DNA of 64,000 bases from Acidobacteriota bacterium (GTDB lineage: Bacteria > Acidobacteriota > UBA890 > WLXD01): positions 160,001-224,000 of the forward strand of contig CBDBHB010000008.1 in the NCBI GenBank assembly GCA_965205505.1, given 5' to 3'. This document shows, in pieces, positions 31,322 through 41,681 of the stretch. Both the position numbers and the translations under genes were made by a program. Each line of letters begins with the position of its first letter. Positions within the stretch are counted from its first letter, which is position 1. The notes under the pieces were generated by a model that saw nothing but the letters and a program-made list of their open reading frames with translations, had not been told where the DNA came from and ran no database searches.

Positions 31322-32436
31322 GAACGGTGCTCGTTCACGACTGGCTTACCGGGATGAGGGGCGGCGAAAAAGTGCTCGAGCGCCTCGCGGCGATGTTCCC
31401 GGAGGCACCCATCTACACGCTGTTTCATCATCCGGACAGTGTTAGCGCGGCCCTCGAAAGCCACCCGATCCATACTTCGTTCCTGCAAGGGCTTCCGGCT
31501 CGACAATCGTATCGCTGGTATCTTCCGCTCTACCCGTTGGCGATGCGGTCGCTCGACCTGACGGAGTTCGACCTCGTCGTCTCGAGCAGCCACTGCGCCG
31601 CGAAGGCTGCGATCAGCCGCCCGGACGCCCATCACGTCTGTTACTGCCACACCCCCATGCGCTACGCCTGGGATCAGTTCGACAACTACTTCTCTGCCGA
31701 GCGGGTTGGTTGGTTACGCCATGCGCTTATCCGGCCGACGATGGCCTGCCTGCGTCGGTGGGATCGCAGCACGGCCGCGCGCGTCGACTCGTTCGTGGCC
31801 AACTCGGGATACGTCGCCGGCCGTATTCGTCGCTACTATGGGCGCCGGGCGGAGGTGATTCCGCCTCCCGTCGACACGAAACGCTTCACCCCGTCGGGCG
31901 TGCCGCCCGACGACTTCTACCTCATGGTTACCGCCTTGAGTCCCTACAAGCGTGTCGACGTGGCCATCGAGGCGTTCAACCGCATGGGACGGGAGCTCGT
32001 GATCGTGGGCTCCGGTCCGGAGGTTGAGCCCCTGCGCCAGCTCGCAGGTCCGACGGTGCGCCTGGCGGGGCGCGTCAGCGACGCCGAGTTGGTGGACCTG
32101 TACCGCCGCTGCCGGGGCTTCGTGCTTCCCGGTATCGAGGATGCGGGTATCGCGCCGCTCGAGGCGATGGCGAGCGGGCGTCCGGCGCTGGTGTTGGCGA
32201 CCGGCGGTGCCATGGAGACCGTGTTGCCTGGAGTCACGGGCCTGCACATTCCGCAGTCAACACCCGAGGCCCTTGTCGACGTTGTTGACAAGTGCGAAGA
32301 GCTCACCTTCAATGCAGATGTCATACGTGCTCACGCAGAGAACTACTCCCTCGACGTGTTCGACCGGCGGATCGTCGGCTTCATCGAGCGCGCCCTCGAC
32401 AGCACGCGGCCCGCCTGCAATTCGAACATCTCATGA
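31318..32436 (+). CDS. Glycosyltransferase family 4 (probable CTG start)
   Basis: RTVLVHDWLTGMRGGEKVL, YCHTPMRYAW, EDAGIAPLEAMASGRP. Confidence 0.88.
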   Translation: MRTVLVHDWLTGMRGGEKVLERLAAMFPEAPIYTLFHHPDSVSAALESHPIHTSFLQGLPARQSYRWYLPLYPLAMRSLDLTEFDLVVSSSHCAAKAAISRPDAHHVCYCHTPMRYAWDQFDNYFSAERVGWLRHALIRPTMACLRRWDRSTAARVDSFVANSGYVAGRIRRYYGRRAEVIPPPVDTKRFTPSGVPPDDFYLMVTALSPYKRVDVAIEAFNRMGRELVIVGSGPEVEPLRQLAGPTVRLAGRVSDAELVDLYRRCRGFVLPGIEDAGIAPLEAMASGRPALVLATGGAMETVLPGVTGLHIPQSTPEALVDVVDKCEELTFNADVIRAHAENYSLDVFDRRIVGFIERALDSTRPACNSNIS

Positions 32437-32464
32437 TCCTGCTAGCTGACGGGGAGCGACGCTG

Positions 32465-33931
32465 GTGATCAACCGACACCGAGTCACGATCGCGATCACG
32501 TTGCTGGTGGCCGACGTCGCCGCGATTAGTGGCGCCTTCTTGTTCGCATACTGGTTACGGTTCGAGTTTCAGATTCTGCCGGCCAGCGATCTGCCCGGCG
32601 ACATCCCGACGTTGGTAAGTTACCTTCGGGTGCTCGTCGCGGCGCTGATCATCCTGCCGCTGTCGCTGTCGTCGACCGCCCTGTACCGAATCCGACGAGC
32701 GGATTCGCGCACCGAGACCTACTTCCGTACCGCTGGCGCGGTGATGTTCGGAATGATCCTGGTGGCAGCGTTCGTGTCGCTGTTCTTTCGACCCACCCAA
32801 TGGGTCCCGGTGGTTGTCGGAACCGACACGGCGCTCATGCGGGTGCAAGAGTGGAACGTTTCTCGCCTGTTCCTGTTCATCTTCTCGAGCCTGGTCATGG
32901 TGCTGACCGTAGGGACTCGGATGAGCCTGCAGGCCTGGGTGGATCACCTGCGCCGGTCTGGACGCAACATTCGGCGCATTCTCATCGCCGGCAGCGGCGA
33001 GTTGGCCCATAGCGTTATCGACCGCATACGGCTGCACGAGGAATTCGGTTTCGAGGTGATCGGCATGGTTACGGACGAGGCCGAGGCCGACGGCTACCGC
33101 GGTGTTCCCCTCGTCGGAGCCCTGAGCGACGTGCCCGGCCTGGTTCGTGACCAGGGTGTGCACCAGCTCTACATCGCGCTGCCGATGTCGTCCGACGAGC
33201 GGATACTGGACGTGTGGCGGAGCGTCGCCAATGAGATTGTCGAGGTGAAGGTCGTGCCCGACCTGCTGCAGTACCTGACGCTCGGTGCCTGCCTGGAGGA
33301 TCTCGACGGGGTGCCGATCGTCAACCTGTCGCGGATCCACATGGAAGGATTCGCTGCAATGCTGAAACGAGCCTCCGACATCGTCGTGTCGGCTGCCTGC
33401 TTGGCGCTTTTCGCCCCACTGTTTCCGCTTATCGCGCTGGCTGTCAAGATCACGTCACCCGGGCCGATTCTCTATCGGCAGCAACGCATGGGCCTCGATG
33501 GCCGCGCCTTCGAGATCCTCAAGTTCCGCTCGATGAGCGTTGATGCGGAGAAACACACAGGACCTGTGTGGGCCAACGAGCAGGATACGCGCTGTACGTC
33601 GATCGGTGCGTTGCTGCGCAAGCTCAGCCTCGACGAGCTGCCGCAGTTCTGGAACATCTTGCGCGGCGATATGAGCCTGGTCGGACCCCGCCCGGAACGT
33701 CCTTATTTCGTCCAGGAGTTTCGCCATCGGATCCCGCACTACATGCTCCGCCACCGGGTCCGCGCCGGGCTGACAGGCTGGGCACAGGTGCACGGCTGGC
33801 GCGGCAGGACATCGCTCGAGAAGCGCCTCGAGTACGACCTCTACTACGTCGAGAACTGGTCGCTGTCACTCGACCTGAAGATCCTTTGGATGACGGTGGC
33901 CAACGGCATGGCGCACGAGCACGCCTACTAA
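32465..33931 (+). CDS. Undecaprenyl-phosphate sugar-1-phosphate transferase (WcaJ/CpsE-like)
   Basis: [52 protein letters not shown]. Confidence 0.92.
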   Translation: MINRHRVTIAITLLVADVAAISGAFLFAYWLRFEFQILPASDLPGDIPTLVSYLRVLVAALIILPLSLSSTALYRIRRADSRTETYFRTAGAVMFGMILVAAFVSLFFRPTQWVPVVVGTDTALMRVQEWNVSRLFLFIFSSLVMVLTVGTRMSLQAWVDHLRRSGRNIRRILIAGSGELAHSVIDRIRLHEEFGFEVIGMVTDEAEADGYRGVPLVGALSDVPGLVRDQGVHQLYIALPMSSDERILDVWRSVANEIVEVKVVPDLLQYLTLGACLEDLDGVPIVNLSRIHMEGFAAMLKRASDIVVSAACLALFAPLFPLIALAVKITSPGPILYRQQRMGLDGRAFEILKFRSMSVDAEKHTGPVWANEQDTRCTSIGALLRKLSLDELPQFWNILRGDMSLVGPRPERPYFVQEFRHRIPHYMLRHRVRAGLTGWAQVHGWRGRTSLEKRLEYDLYYVENWSLSLDLKILWMTVANGMAHEHAY

Positions 33932-33932
33932 C

Positions 33933-34886
33933 ATGAGCGTCAAGAAGACGGTCCTGATTACCGGTGGTGCGGGGTTCATCGGCTCTCACCTCGCCGAGAG
34001 TCTCCTCGACGACGATCATCGCGTGATCGTCATGGATAATCTGCTCACTGGCTCGACGGCGAACGTAGCGCGCTTCGCGAATCGCGACTTCCTGTTCATC
34101 GAACACGACGTTACCAACTACGTGTTTGTGGACGAGCCGCTTGACTACGTGCTCCACTTTGCCTCCCCCGCGTCACCTGCCGACTACCTCAAGTATCCGA
34201 TTCACACGCTCAAGGTCGGCGCGCTGGGCACCCACAAGGCCCTCGGGCTGGCGCGCAACAAGGCGGCGCGCTTCATGCTCGCATCGACCTCCGAGGTATA
34301 CGGCGACCCGCAGGTCAACCCACAGCCGGAGACCTACTGGGGCCACGTGAACCCGATCGGGCCACGCGGCGTGTACGACGAGGCCAAACGGTTCGCCGAG
34401 GCCCTTACCATGGCATACCACCGCAGCCACGGGCTCGAGACCCGGATCGCCCGTATCTTCAACACCTACGGTCCGCACATGCGCATCGACGACGGGCGCG
34501 CAGTGCCGAATTTCATCATGCAAGCACTCTCGGGCAACGACCTCACGGTGTACGGCGACGGCGGCCAAACGCGCTCGTTTTGCTATGTCGACGACACCGT
34601 ACGCGGCCTGCTCACGCTATTGCGTTCCGACGCCAACACCCCCGTGAACATCGGTAATCCAAACGAGGTAACCATCCTGCAAGTTGCCGACCTGGTGATC
34701 GAGTTGTGTGACGGCGACAGTCAGATCGTCTTCGAAGAGCTACCGGTGGATGATCCCAAGGTGCGCCGGCCGGACGTGACGCGTATCTCCGGCGAGCTCG
34801 GCTGGGTGCCGGAGATTGACCTCCGCAACGGGCTGGAACGCACGCTGCCCTGGTTCCGCGCGCAACTGCGCGCGGCTACTCGCTGA
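33933..34886 (+). CDS. UDP-glucuronate decarboxylase (UDP-xylose synthase) family
   Basis: [48 protein letters not shown]. Confidence 0.9.
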   Translation: MSVKKTVLITGGAGFIGSHLAESLLDDDHRVIVMDNLLTGSTANVARFANRDFLFIEHDVTNYVFVDEPLDYVLHFASPASPADYLKYPIHTLKVGALGTHKALGLARNKAARFMLASTSEVYGDPQVNPQPETYWGHVNPIGPRGVYDEAKRFAEALTMAYHRSHGLETRIARIFNTYGPHMRIDDGRAVPNFIMQALSGNDLTVYGDGGQTRSFCYVDDTVRGLLTLLRSDANTPVNIGNPNEVTILQVADLVIELCDGDSQIVFEELPVDDPKVRRPDVTRISGELGWVPEIDLRNGLERTLPWFRAQLRAATR

Positions 34887-34953
34887 GTCGGCGCCGCGGC
34901 GACCGGCGACCCAGACCGCGCCTTGCGCAACTACTGCAGACAGCCGATCGTAG

Positions 34954-36069
34954 CTAATCCGCGAGTGCCGCGAGCAGGGCTTCGTCGGTAACTTCTACCG
35001 CCCAGTTACCATCACGCTCGGCCATGCGGCCGATGTCTTCGGCGAGCGCACAGCGCAGCACACCGCGCCTCGACTTCTTATCGTGGCGGGCCGCGACGAG
35101 CACGTCGGCGGGCGCGCTGCCCGCCGGTAGCGCCACCGGAAGACCGGCGCGCACGCACAGGGAGCCGATACGCTCGGCAAGGCCGGCGGTGGCTCCTACG
35201 ACTTTTTCGGCGAGCCTCGCTTCCGCCACCATTCCGATGGCCACGGCCTCGCCGTGCCGCATCGAGTAGCCCTGCGACGACTCCACACCGTGGGCGACCG
35301 TATGGCCGAAATTCAAGATCTGGCGCCGGTTGCCTTCGCGCTCATCGGCAACCACAACCGCTGCCTTGAGGCGTACGCAGCGCTCTACGATGAGCGCGAG
35401 CGCCTCCGGAACCTTGGCGAGGCACGATTCAAGCAGGCCGTCTTCGAGATCGACAAAGAGCTGCGCATCGAGGATGACACCGTACTTGATGACCTCACCT
35501 AGCCCGGCCCGCAACTCCTCCTCAGGCAGTGTCTGCAGCAGGTCGATGTCGGCTAGCACCCGGCGAGGCTGCCAGAAGACGCCGATGAGATTCTTGCCGG
35601 CCTCGGTATCGACGCCGGTCTTGCCGCCGACGGAGCTATCGACCATAGCCAAGAGGGTGGTCGGAAACTGCACGTACGCAACGCCACGGTAGAGCGTCGC
35701 CGCGACGTAGCCGGCGATGTCGCCGACCACGCCCCCGCCGAACGCAAGCACCGCAGATTGTCGATCTGCGCCAGCCTCGATGGCGTCATCCTGCAGCGCT
35801 GCAGCCACCTCTCGGGTCTTGGAGCTCTCACCGCTCGGTACGCCAAGCTCGACGAAGCGGATTCCCGAGGCCGAGAGCGCGCCACGCAGCCGATCTCCGT
35901 GCAACCCGGCAACGACCTCGTCGGCAATCACGATGACCTGAGTTTCGCCCCCGAGCACCTCGCGCAGCTGCTCGCCAACTCCCGCCATCAGCTCACTACC
36001 GATGACGACGTCGTAGACGGGCGCGGCCTGACGCTCCAGCGCCACCGTAATACGTCGCTCGCCGCTCAT
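34954..36069 (-). CDS. aroB: 3-dehydroquinate synthase
   Basis: GGGVVGD, PTTLLAMVDSSVGGKTG, LNFGHT..H, HGEAVAIG, DKK. Confidence 0.96.
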   Translation of the reverse strand: MSGERRITVALERQAAPVYDVVIGSELMAGVGEQLREVLGGETQVIVIADEVVAGLHGDRLRGALSASGIRFVELGVPSGESSKTREVAAALQDDAIEAGADRQSAVLAFGGGVVGDIAGYVAATLYRGVAYVQFPTTLLAMVDSSVGGKTGVDTEAGKNLIGVFWQPRRVLADIDLLQTLPEEELRAGLGEVIKYGVILDAQLFVDLEDGLLESCLAKVPEALALIVERCVRLKAAVVVADEREGNRRQILNFGHTVAHGVESSQGYSMRHGEAVAIGMVAEARLAEKVVGATAGLAERIGSLCVRAGLPVALPAGSAPADVLVAARHDKKSRRGVLRCALAEDIGRMAERDGNWAVEVTDEALLAALAD

Positions 36070-36782
36070 GCCTCGCCTGCCCGAGCAACACCAGAACGCA
36101 ACAGAGACTCCAGCAAGAGAACTTCGCTAGCGTCGAGCATCGGCACACGCGCCGTATCCGTGTCGACGACAATCGGCAGCTCTGTACACCCCAGGATCAG
36201 GAGCTCCGCACCGGCGGCGATGAGCTCCTCGATGGCGGGAGCTAGCCGCTCGCGCGCTCCAGCTCCGCCGCCCTTCACGGCGCGAATCGCCGCCATCACA
36301 CCGGTCTGTGCTTCCGACTGCGGCCGCAGCGCACGCAAGCCGCGCACCTCCAGCGCCCGATCGTACAGTCCTAGCTCAATCGTCCCGTTGGCCGCCAGCA
36401 CTCCGACAGAACCACCCGACGGCAATGCCGCTGCGGCGCGGGCGGCGGTCAGACCAATCATGTCGAGCACCTCGATCTGTACGGCATCCCGGATCGCGGC
36501 AAGGTAAGCATGCGCCGAGTTGCATGGAATGGCGATGAAGTCAGCGCCGCCGCGCTCCAACGCGCGGCTCGCGATTTGAAGCGCCGCAGTCGGATCGGGT
36601 CCCTTGCCGGTGAGGTGCGCCGTGCGGTCGGGTACGTGGGTGGCGTTGTAGAGCAGGCACGGCGGGTGGTCCTGATCCCTTTCGGCGGCGACCCGATCCA
36701 CCAGCTGCTGGAAGAAGTGCGCGGTGGCCGCCGGCCCCATCCCCCCGAGAACACCGATAGTACGGAAGCCTGTATCACTCAC
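36066..36782 (-). CDS. Aspartate/glutamate racemase family protein
   Basis: IGVLGGMGPAAT, PCNSAH, GCTELP; probable GTG at 36782. Confidence 0.9.
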   Translation of the reverse strand: MSDTGFRTIGVLGGMGPAATAHFFQQLVDRVAAERDQDHPPCLLYNATHVPDRTAHLTGKGPDPTAALQIASRALERGGADFIAIPCNSAHAYLAAIRDAVQIEVLDMIGLTAARAAAALPSGGSVGVLAANGTIELGLYDRALEVRGLRALRPQSEAQTGVMAAIRAVKGGGAGARERLAPAIEELIAAGAELLILGCTELPIVVDTDTARVPMLDASEVLLLESLLRSGVARAGEA

Positions 36783-36786
36783 GGGG

Positions 36787-38313
36787 TCAGGCGTCGTCGT
36801 TCTCGCCGGGATCATCGGATCGCGGTTTCCAGCTGAGTACGGGTCGTCGAGCCGCCTGCGTTTCGTCGAGTCGTCGGTGATAGGTCGTGTACGGTGCGCC
36901 CCTGACCAGCGCGGCGTCGTCGCGGGATTCGCGGGCAATCGCCAGCATGGCGTCGACGAACCCGTCGAGCTCCTGTAAGGACACCGTCTCGGTGGGCTCG
37001 ATCATCAACGCACCCGGGACCACGAGCGGAAAGTACACCGTCGGCGGATGGAAACCGTAGTCCATCAGTCGCTTGCAGATGTCCATCGCCGACACGCCGC
37101 GTTTCTTCTGACGGAGGTCGGAAAAGACCACCTCGTGCATGCAGGGACGATCATGCGGCAGTTCATACTCGCCCTTCAGCCGCTCCTTCACGTAGTTGGC
37201 CGCCAGTACGGCATCCTCGGCGATCTGCCGGAGGCCCTCCGCTCCGTGGGCACGGATGTAAGCGTATCCACGCACCATCATGGAGAAGTTGCCGTAGAAA
37301 CCGTGGATCTTCCCCATGCTGTCGGGGCGGTCGTCGTCGAGCCCATAGCTGCCGTCTTCGTCCCGAACTACCACGGGGCGCGGTCGGAAAGGCTCGAGAC
37401 GCTCCGACAGGGCCACCGGTCCGCATCCTGGCCCGCCGCCCCCGTGAGGCGTGGTGAACGTCTTGTGCATGTTGATATGGAAGACGTCGGCACCGAAATC
37501 ACCCGGCCGCGTCTTGCCGAGAATGGCGTTCAGATTGGCACCGTCACAGTAGATCAGGCCACCGGCGTCGTGAACGATATTGGCGATCTCGTCTATGCGA
37601 TCCTCGAACAAACCGAGCGTGTTCGGGTTGGTCAGCATGAGCGCCGCCGTGTTATCGCCCGCTGCCGCCCGCAGCGCGTCAAGATCGACCGTACCGCGCT
37701 CGTTGCTCGGTATCTCGACCGGTTTGAGTCCGCACAGACTCGCGGTCGCCGGGTTCGTACCGTGCGCCGAGTCCGGAATGAGCACCTCTTGCCGCCGTTC
37801 GCCGCGCTTGTGGTGATAGGCGGTGATCATCATGATCCCGGTTAGCTCACCTTGTGCACCGGCCGCCGGCTGCATCGAGAGATACGGTAACCCGGTGATT
37901 TCCGAGAGGATTCGTTCCAGGCGCCACATGAGCTCGAGCACGCCCTGCGAGGCGGCTTCGGGCATGTACGGATGGGCCTCGGCAAAGCCACGGAACCGTG
38001 CCACCCGCTCGTGCAACTTGGGGTTGTACTTCATCGTGCACGACCCCAACGGGTGCAGGCCGAGATCGATGCCGTAGTTGTGCTGGGAGATCCGCGTGAA
38101 GTGGCGTACCACATCCACTTCGGAGACCTCGGGAAACCCGCTTACCTCGCCTCGCACGAGGTCCGATCCCCACGCATCCTCCGCATCGACCTCTGGAACG
38201 TCAAGTAACGGTAGCGAGTAACCGACGCGGCCCCGGCCACCGCGCTCGAAAATAGGCGGCTCTTGCTTGAGCTGCCCCTGCCGGTCTGCCGACGACATCG
38301 TGTCGCGGCTCAC
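36787..38313 (-). CDS. gcvPB: Glycine dehydrogenase subunit 2
   Basis: PLGSCTMKYNP, AHGTNPA, NMHKTFTTPHGGGGPG, MIEPTE; start at 38313 or 38298. Confidence 0.96.
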   Translation of the reverse strand: MSRDTMSSADRQGQLKQEPPIFERGGRGRVGYSLPLLDVPEVDAEDAWGSDLVRGEVSGFPEVSEVDVVRHFTRISQHNYGIDLGLHPLGSCTMKYNPKLHERVARFRGFAEAHPYMPEAASQGVLELMWRLERILSEITGLPYLSMQPAAGAQGELTGIMMITAYHHKRGERRQEVLIPDSAHGTNPATASLCGLKPVEIPSNERGTVDLDALRAAAGDNTAALMLTNPNTLGLFEDRIDEIANIVHDAGGLIYCDGANLNAILGKTRPGDFGADVFHINMHKTFTTPHGGGGPGCGPVALSERLEPFRPRPVVVRDEDGSYGLDDDRPDSMGKIHGFYGNFSMMVRGYAYIRAHGAEGLRQIAEDAVLAANYVKERLKGEYELPHDRPCMHEVVFSDLRQKKRGVSAMDICKRLMDYGFHPPTVYFPLVVPGALMIEPTETVSLQELDGFVDAMLAIARESRDDAALVRGAPYTTYHRRLDETQAARRPVLSWKPRSDDPGENDDA

Positions 38314-39707
38314 GCCACCGCCTCCGCGAGCACGTCCGCCATCCGGTCGATTGCCTGCTTGCGGTGCACCTCCGTGACGCAGACCAACAGCTGATCTGCA
38401 CGCGACGCGTCGAAGCGGCCGAGCGCAACACCGGGAATCACGTCGCGCGGCAGACATCGATCTACCACGTCGGCAACATCGCCACCCACGCGCACAGCGA
38501 ACTCGTTGAAGTGTGGGCCGTCATATACCGTCCGCACGCCCCGCGCCGCAAGCGCCTGGCGCGCATACGTAGCCTTCGCCAGATTGGTGCGGGCGAGCTC
38601 GACGATTCCGTTGCGGCCCAAGCTGCACATGTGGATGCACGACGCGAGGGCACACAAAGCCTCGTTGGTGCAGATATTGGACGTCGCTCGGGCGCGGCGG
38701 ATGTGCTGTTCACGGGTCGACAAGGTGAGGACGTAGCCTCCCTTACCCTCCTCATCAGTAGTGCGCCCGGCCAGACGCCCCGGCAGATTGCGCTTGTCTC
38801 CGTCCCGGCAGGCCATGAAACCAACCAGGGGCCCACCGAAGTTCATGCCGTTGCCGAAGCTCTGCAACTCGCCCACAACCAGATCGGCGCCTGCCTGGGC
38901 GGGGGGTATCGCCAACCCGAAGGCGACGGGCTCGGTGGTGTTGACCACGAATTTGGCACCGGCTGCCGCCGCCTCCTCGCCAGCCACCCGTAGGTCTTCG
39001 ACGATGCCGAAGAAGTTCGGCTGTTGAAGCACGAGCGCGATCACGTCGTCGTCCACCTGATCTATGACCGTGCGGCCGTGCTCGTCCAGCGGCAGCACCT
39101 CGAACTGAATATCCTCGATGTATCTGGCATAGGTTCGCACCACCGCCGCGTACGCGGGGTGCAGACCTTCCGATATCAGCACCCGTCCACCACGACGTGC
39201 CAGCCGACGCGTCATGAGCACTGCCTCGGCGACGGCGCTGGCTCCGTCGTAGACCGATGCGTTGCACACGTCCATGCCGGTCAGCATGCACACCAGGCTC
39301 TGAAACTCGAAGATCGCCTGCAGCGTGCCCTGCCCTAGCTCGGGCTGGTAGGGCGTATAGGCGGTGAGGAACTCCTGGCGCTGAATCAACGCATCGACGT
39401 GACTAGGCACGAAGTGGGGATTGCAGCCGGCACCGAGAAAACTCGAGACGCGACGATCCGAGGCGTTGCCAGCTGCCAGCTGCTCGAGGTGATCGAGGAG
39501 CTCGATCTCCGACATCGCGGGCTCCAGCCCGAGCATCCCCTCGAAACGCGCCGCCGCCGGAATAGACGCGAACAACGCGTCGATATCGGCAACCTCGACG
39601 GCCGATAACATTGCTTTCCGGTCCGCGATACCGAGCGACAGGTAGCGGCCGCCGCCGCCAGTGTCGTTGCGTGCGGCGGCCGCTGAATTCGGCGCAGTGT
39701 CCACCAC
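38310..39707 (-). CDS. gcvPA: Glycine dehydrogenase subunit 1
   Basis: TAYTPYQPE..QGTLQAIFEFQ, REQHIRRARATSNICTN; GTG at 39707; the ORF-track extension runs into the MITE. Confidence 0.95.
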   Translation of the reverse strand: MVDTAPNSAAAARNDTGGGGRYLSLGIADRKAMLSAVEVADIDALFASIPAAARFEGMLGLEPAMSEIELLDHLEQLAAGNASDRRVSSFLGAGCNPHFVPSHVDALIQRQEFLTAYTPYQPELGQGTLQAIFEFQSLVCMLTGMDVCNASVYDGASAVAEAVLMTRRLARRGGRVLISEGLHPAYAAVVRTYARYIEDIQFEVLPLDEHGRTVIDQVDDDVIALVLQQPNFFGIVEDLRVAGEEAAAAGAKFVVNTTEPVAFGLAIPPAQAGADLVVGELQSFGNGMNFGGPLVGFMACRDGDKRNLPGRLAGRTTDEEGKGGYVLTLSTREQHIRRARATSNICTNEALCALASCIHMCSLGRNGIVELARTNLAKATYARQALAARGVRTVYDGPHFNEFAVRVGGDVADVVDRCLPRDVIPGVALGRFDASRADQLLVCVTEVHRKQAIDRMADVLAEAVA

Positions 39708-39708
39708 G

Positions 39709-39987
39709 CTAGTGTCCTTTAACAGAGGTTCGTTGCATATTGTGGCGCGCGCGACTGAGCTGAATCCAAGGCGACTCGACGACGGCGATGCTGAGCGTAT
39801 CGCAGAGGAGAGCCAACGCCGGAGGTGGCCAGTTCCACTGCCACCCGGAGGGCTGGGTCGATATGGGGGCAATCTCAGCGTTGCGATTCGTCGACGATTG
39901 GCACCGAATCGCCATCCTCATCGCGCCTTGAGCTTGCCCCCATCTCGACCCAGCAATATGCAACGAACCTCTGCTAAAGGACACTAG
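39709..39987. mobile_element. 279-bp MITE (family A, probably IS630-derived)
   Basis: 34-bp terminal inverted repeats including CTAG with 1 mismatch (CTAGTGTCCTTTAACAGAGGTTCGTTGCATATTG / CAATATGCAACGAACCTCTGCTAAAGGACACTAG); internal hairpins; no transposase. Confidence 0.92.
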
Positions 39988-40367
39988 GCTTCTATGTGCT
40001 GTCGGTAATCGGCGCTGCTCATCAACGTATCGGCCAACGACGAATCATCGAGCTTGATCCGTATCATCCAGCCGGCGCCGTGCGGATCCTCGTTGACCAG
40101 CTCCGGGGTGTCGATCAACGCATCATTGACTTCGACGATCTCGCCGGCGACCGGCGCGTACAGATCAGACACCGCTTTGACTGACTCGATCGTGCCGAAA
40201 ACCGCGTCCTGGGCACAGGTCGTACCAAGCTCCGACAGCTCGACGAAGACGACATCGCCCAGCTCGTCCTGGGCATGGTGGGTGATCCCGACAGTGGCGA
40301 TACCATCGTCGACGGAGATCCACTCGTGCTCCGAGCTGTACTTGTACGTATCTGGATAGTCGGCCAT
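39984..40367 (-). CDS. gcvH: Glycine cleavage H protein
   Basis: EHEW, GITHHAQDELGDVVFV, IESVKAVSD lipoyl Lys. Confidence 0.97.
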   Translation of the reverse strand: MADYPDTYKYSSEHEWISVDDGIATVGITHHAQDELGDVVFVELSELGTTCAQDAVFGTIESVKAVSDLYAPVAGEIVEVNDALIDTPELVNEDPHGAGWMIRIKLDDSSLADTLMSSADYRQHIEA

Positions 40368-40432
40368 GACCTTATCCTCTCAGCCAGCCGCCGGACGCGC
40401 CGGCAGCGTCGATCCCGCGTTTGCGAGCTGGT

Positions 40433-41530
40433 CTATCGTTGTCTGCGATAAAAGGGTGTCTTCACAACCGTGGCCGGTGTCGCTCGGCCGCGTATTTCTA
40501 CCGCCACCTCAGTGCCGGGGGCGGTGTAGTCGGCCTTGACACAGGCAAGCCCAATGCCTTTTCTCAGCGTCGGACTGAAGGTGCCGGAGGTCACCGTACC
40601 GATCGACCCTCCCCCCTCCTCGAGCACTTCGTAGCCGTGGCGCGGGATGCCTCTGCCCGGTATCTCCAGCCCCACGACGCGCTCCGCGGGCCCCGAGGCT
40701 CGCTGCTCAACCAGCGCCTGCCTGCCGATGAACTCGCCCTTGTGGGGTTTCACAACCCAGCCGATTCCCGCGTCGATCGGGGTGCGCGCGTCGTCCATAT
40801 CACTACCATAGAGCAGCATGCCGGCCTCGAGGCGAAGCGTGTCGCGCGCGCCGAGCCCGGCTGGCGCTATGCCATCCGCGGCCCCGGCATCCATCAGGCC
40901 GTCGGCAAGCGCCTCGGCGTGCTGCGGCGCTAGGTAGACCTCGAATCCGTCCTCACCGGTATAGCCGGTGCGCGAGATGATCGCGGGCGCCCCGCGATAC
41001 TCCGCAACTACGAAGCGATAGTACCGAATGGATGCCAAGTCCGCGTCGACGACTCGGGCCAGGATAGCCTCGCTCCGCGGTCCCTGGAGCGCCAACTGGG
41101 CCCAATCCGAACTCTCGTCGTCGACCACCACGTCGCCCTCAAGGTGGGCGCATATCCAATCGTAGTCCTTGTCCTTGGTGCCAGCATTGACGACGAGAAA
41201 GTAGTCGTCATCGGCGACCCGGTGGACTAGCAGATCGTCCACGATCCCGCCCGACTCACGCGTCATGGCGGTGTACTGGGCCTGGCCGATCTCCAAACTG
41301 GCGGCGTCGTTGGTGATCAGACGTTGTACGTTGGCGAGCGCTGCGCTTCCACGCAGTCGAATCTCGCCCATATGGCTGACGTCAAACAGCCCGGCTCGCT
41401 CGCGCACGGCGGTGTGCTCGTCGACCAGACCGCTGAATTGTACGGGCATATGCCAGCCGGCAAAGTCGACCATTCGGCCCCCCCGCCGTACGTGCCAAGC
41501 GTGCAGCGGTGTCGCTCGCGGCTCCGACAA
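40433..41530 (-). CDS. gcvT: Glycine cleavage aminomethyltransferase T
   Basis: FDVSHMGE, SRTGYTGEDGFE, GLGARDTLRLEAG. Confidence 0.97.
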   Translation of the reverse strand: MSEPRATPLHAWHVRRGGRMVDFAGWHMPVQFSGLVDEHTAVRERAGLFDVSHMGEIRLRGSAALANVQRLITNDAASLEIGQAQYTAMTRESGGIVDDLLVHRVADDDYFLVVNAGTKDKDYDWICAHLEGDVVVDDESSDWAQLALQGPRSEAILARVVDADLASIRYYRFVVAEYRGAPAIISRTGYTGEDGFEVYLAPQHAEALADGLMDAGAADGIAPAGLGARDTLRLEAGMLLYGSDMDDARTPIDAGIGWVVKPHKGEFIGRQALVEQRASGPAERVVGLEIPGRGIPRHGYEVLEEGGGSIGTVTSGTFSPTLRKGIGLACVKADYTAPGTEVAVEIRGRATPATVVKTPFYRRQR

Positions 41531-41681
41531 TAGACGTTCCTTGCTACTCGGAAGGAGGGCTTCGAGCGCTACCAGGCACTAGCGCAGCTTTTGAAGCTAC
41601 CATAGCAGGCAGCCTACGGTCTTCTGCCCGCTGCCAACGCTGGCGACTGGACTGCAGGACTCACACCGACACAGGAACCGC

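Noticed and set aside
27086-34886. Glycosyltransferase cluster as a novel system
   Set aside because: Ordinary GT4/GT2, priming transferase and UDP-xylose synthase set
39661-39987. ORFs on both strands ending QRTS(A/V)KGH
   Set aside because: Produced by the MITE inverted repeats; too short and no DDE motif, so not a transposase
41531-41681. Possible glycine riboswitch upstream of gcvT
   Set aside because: No GGAGA...CCGAAG...CUCUCAGG aptamer motifs visible
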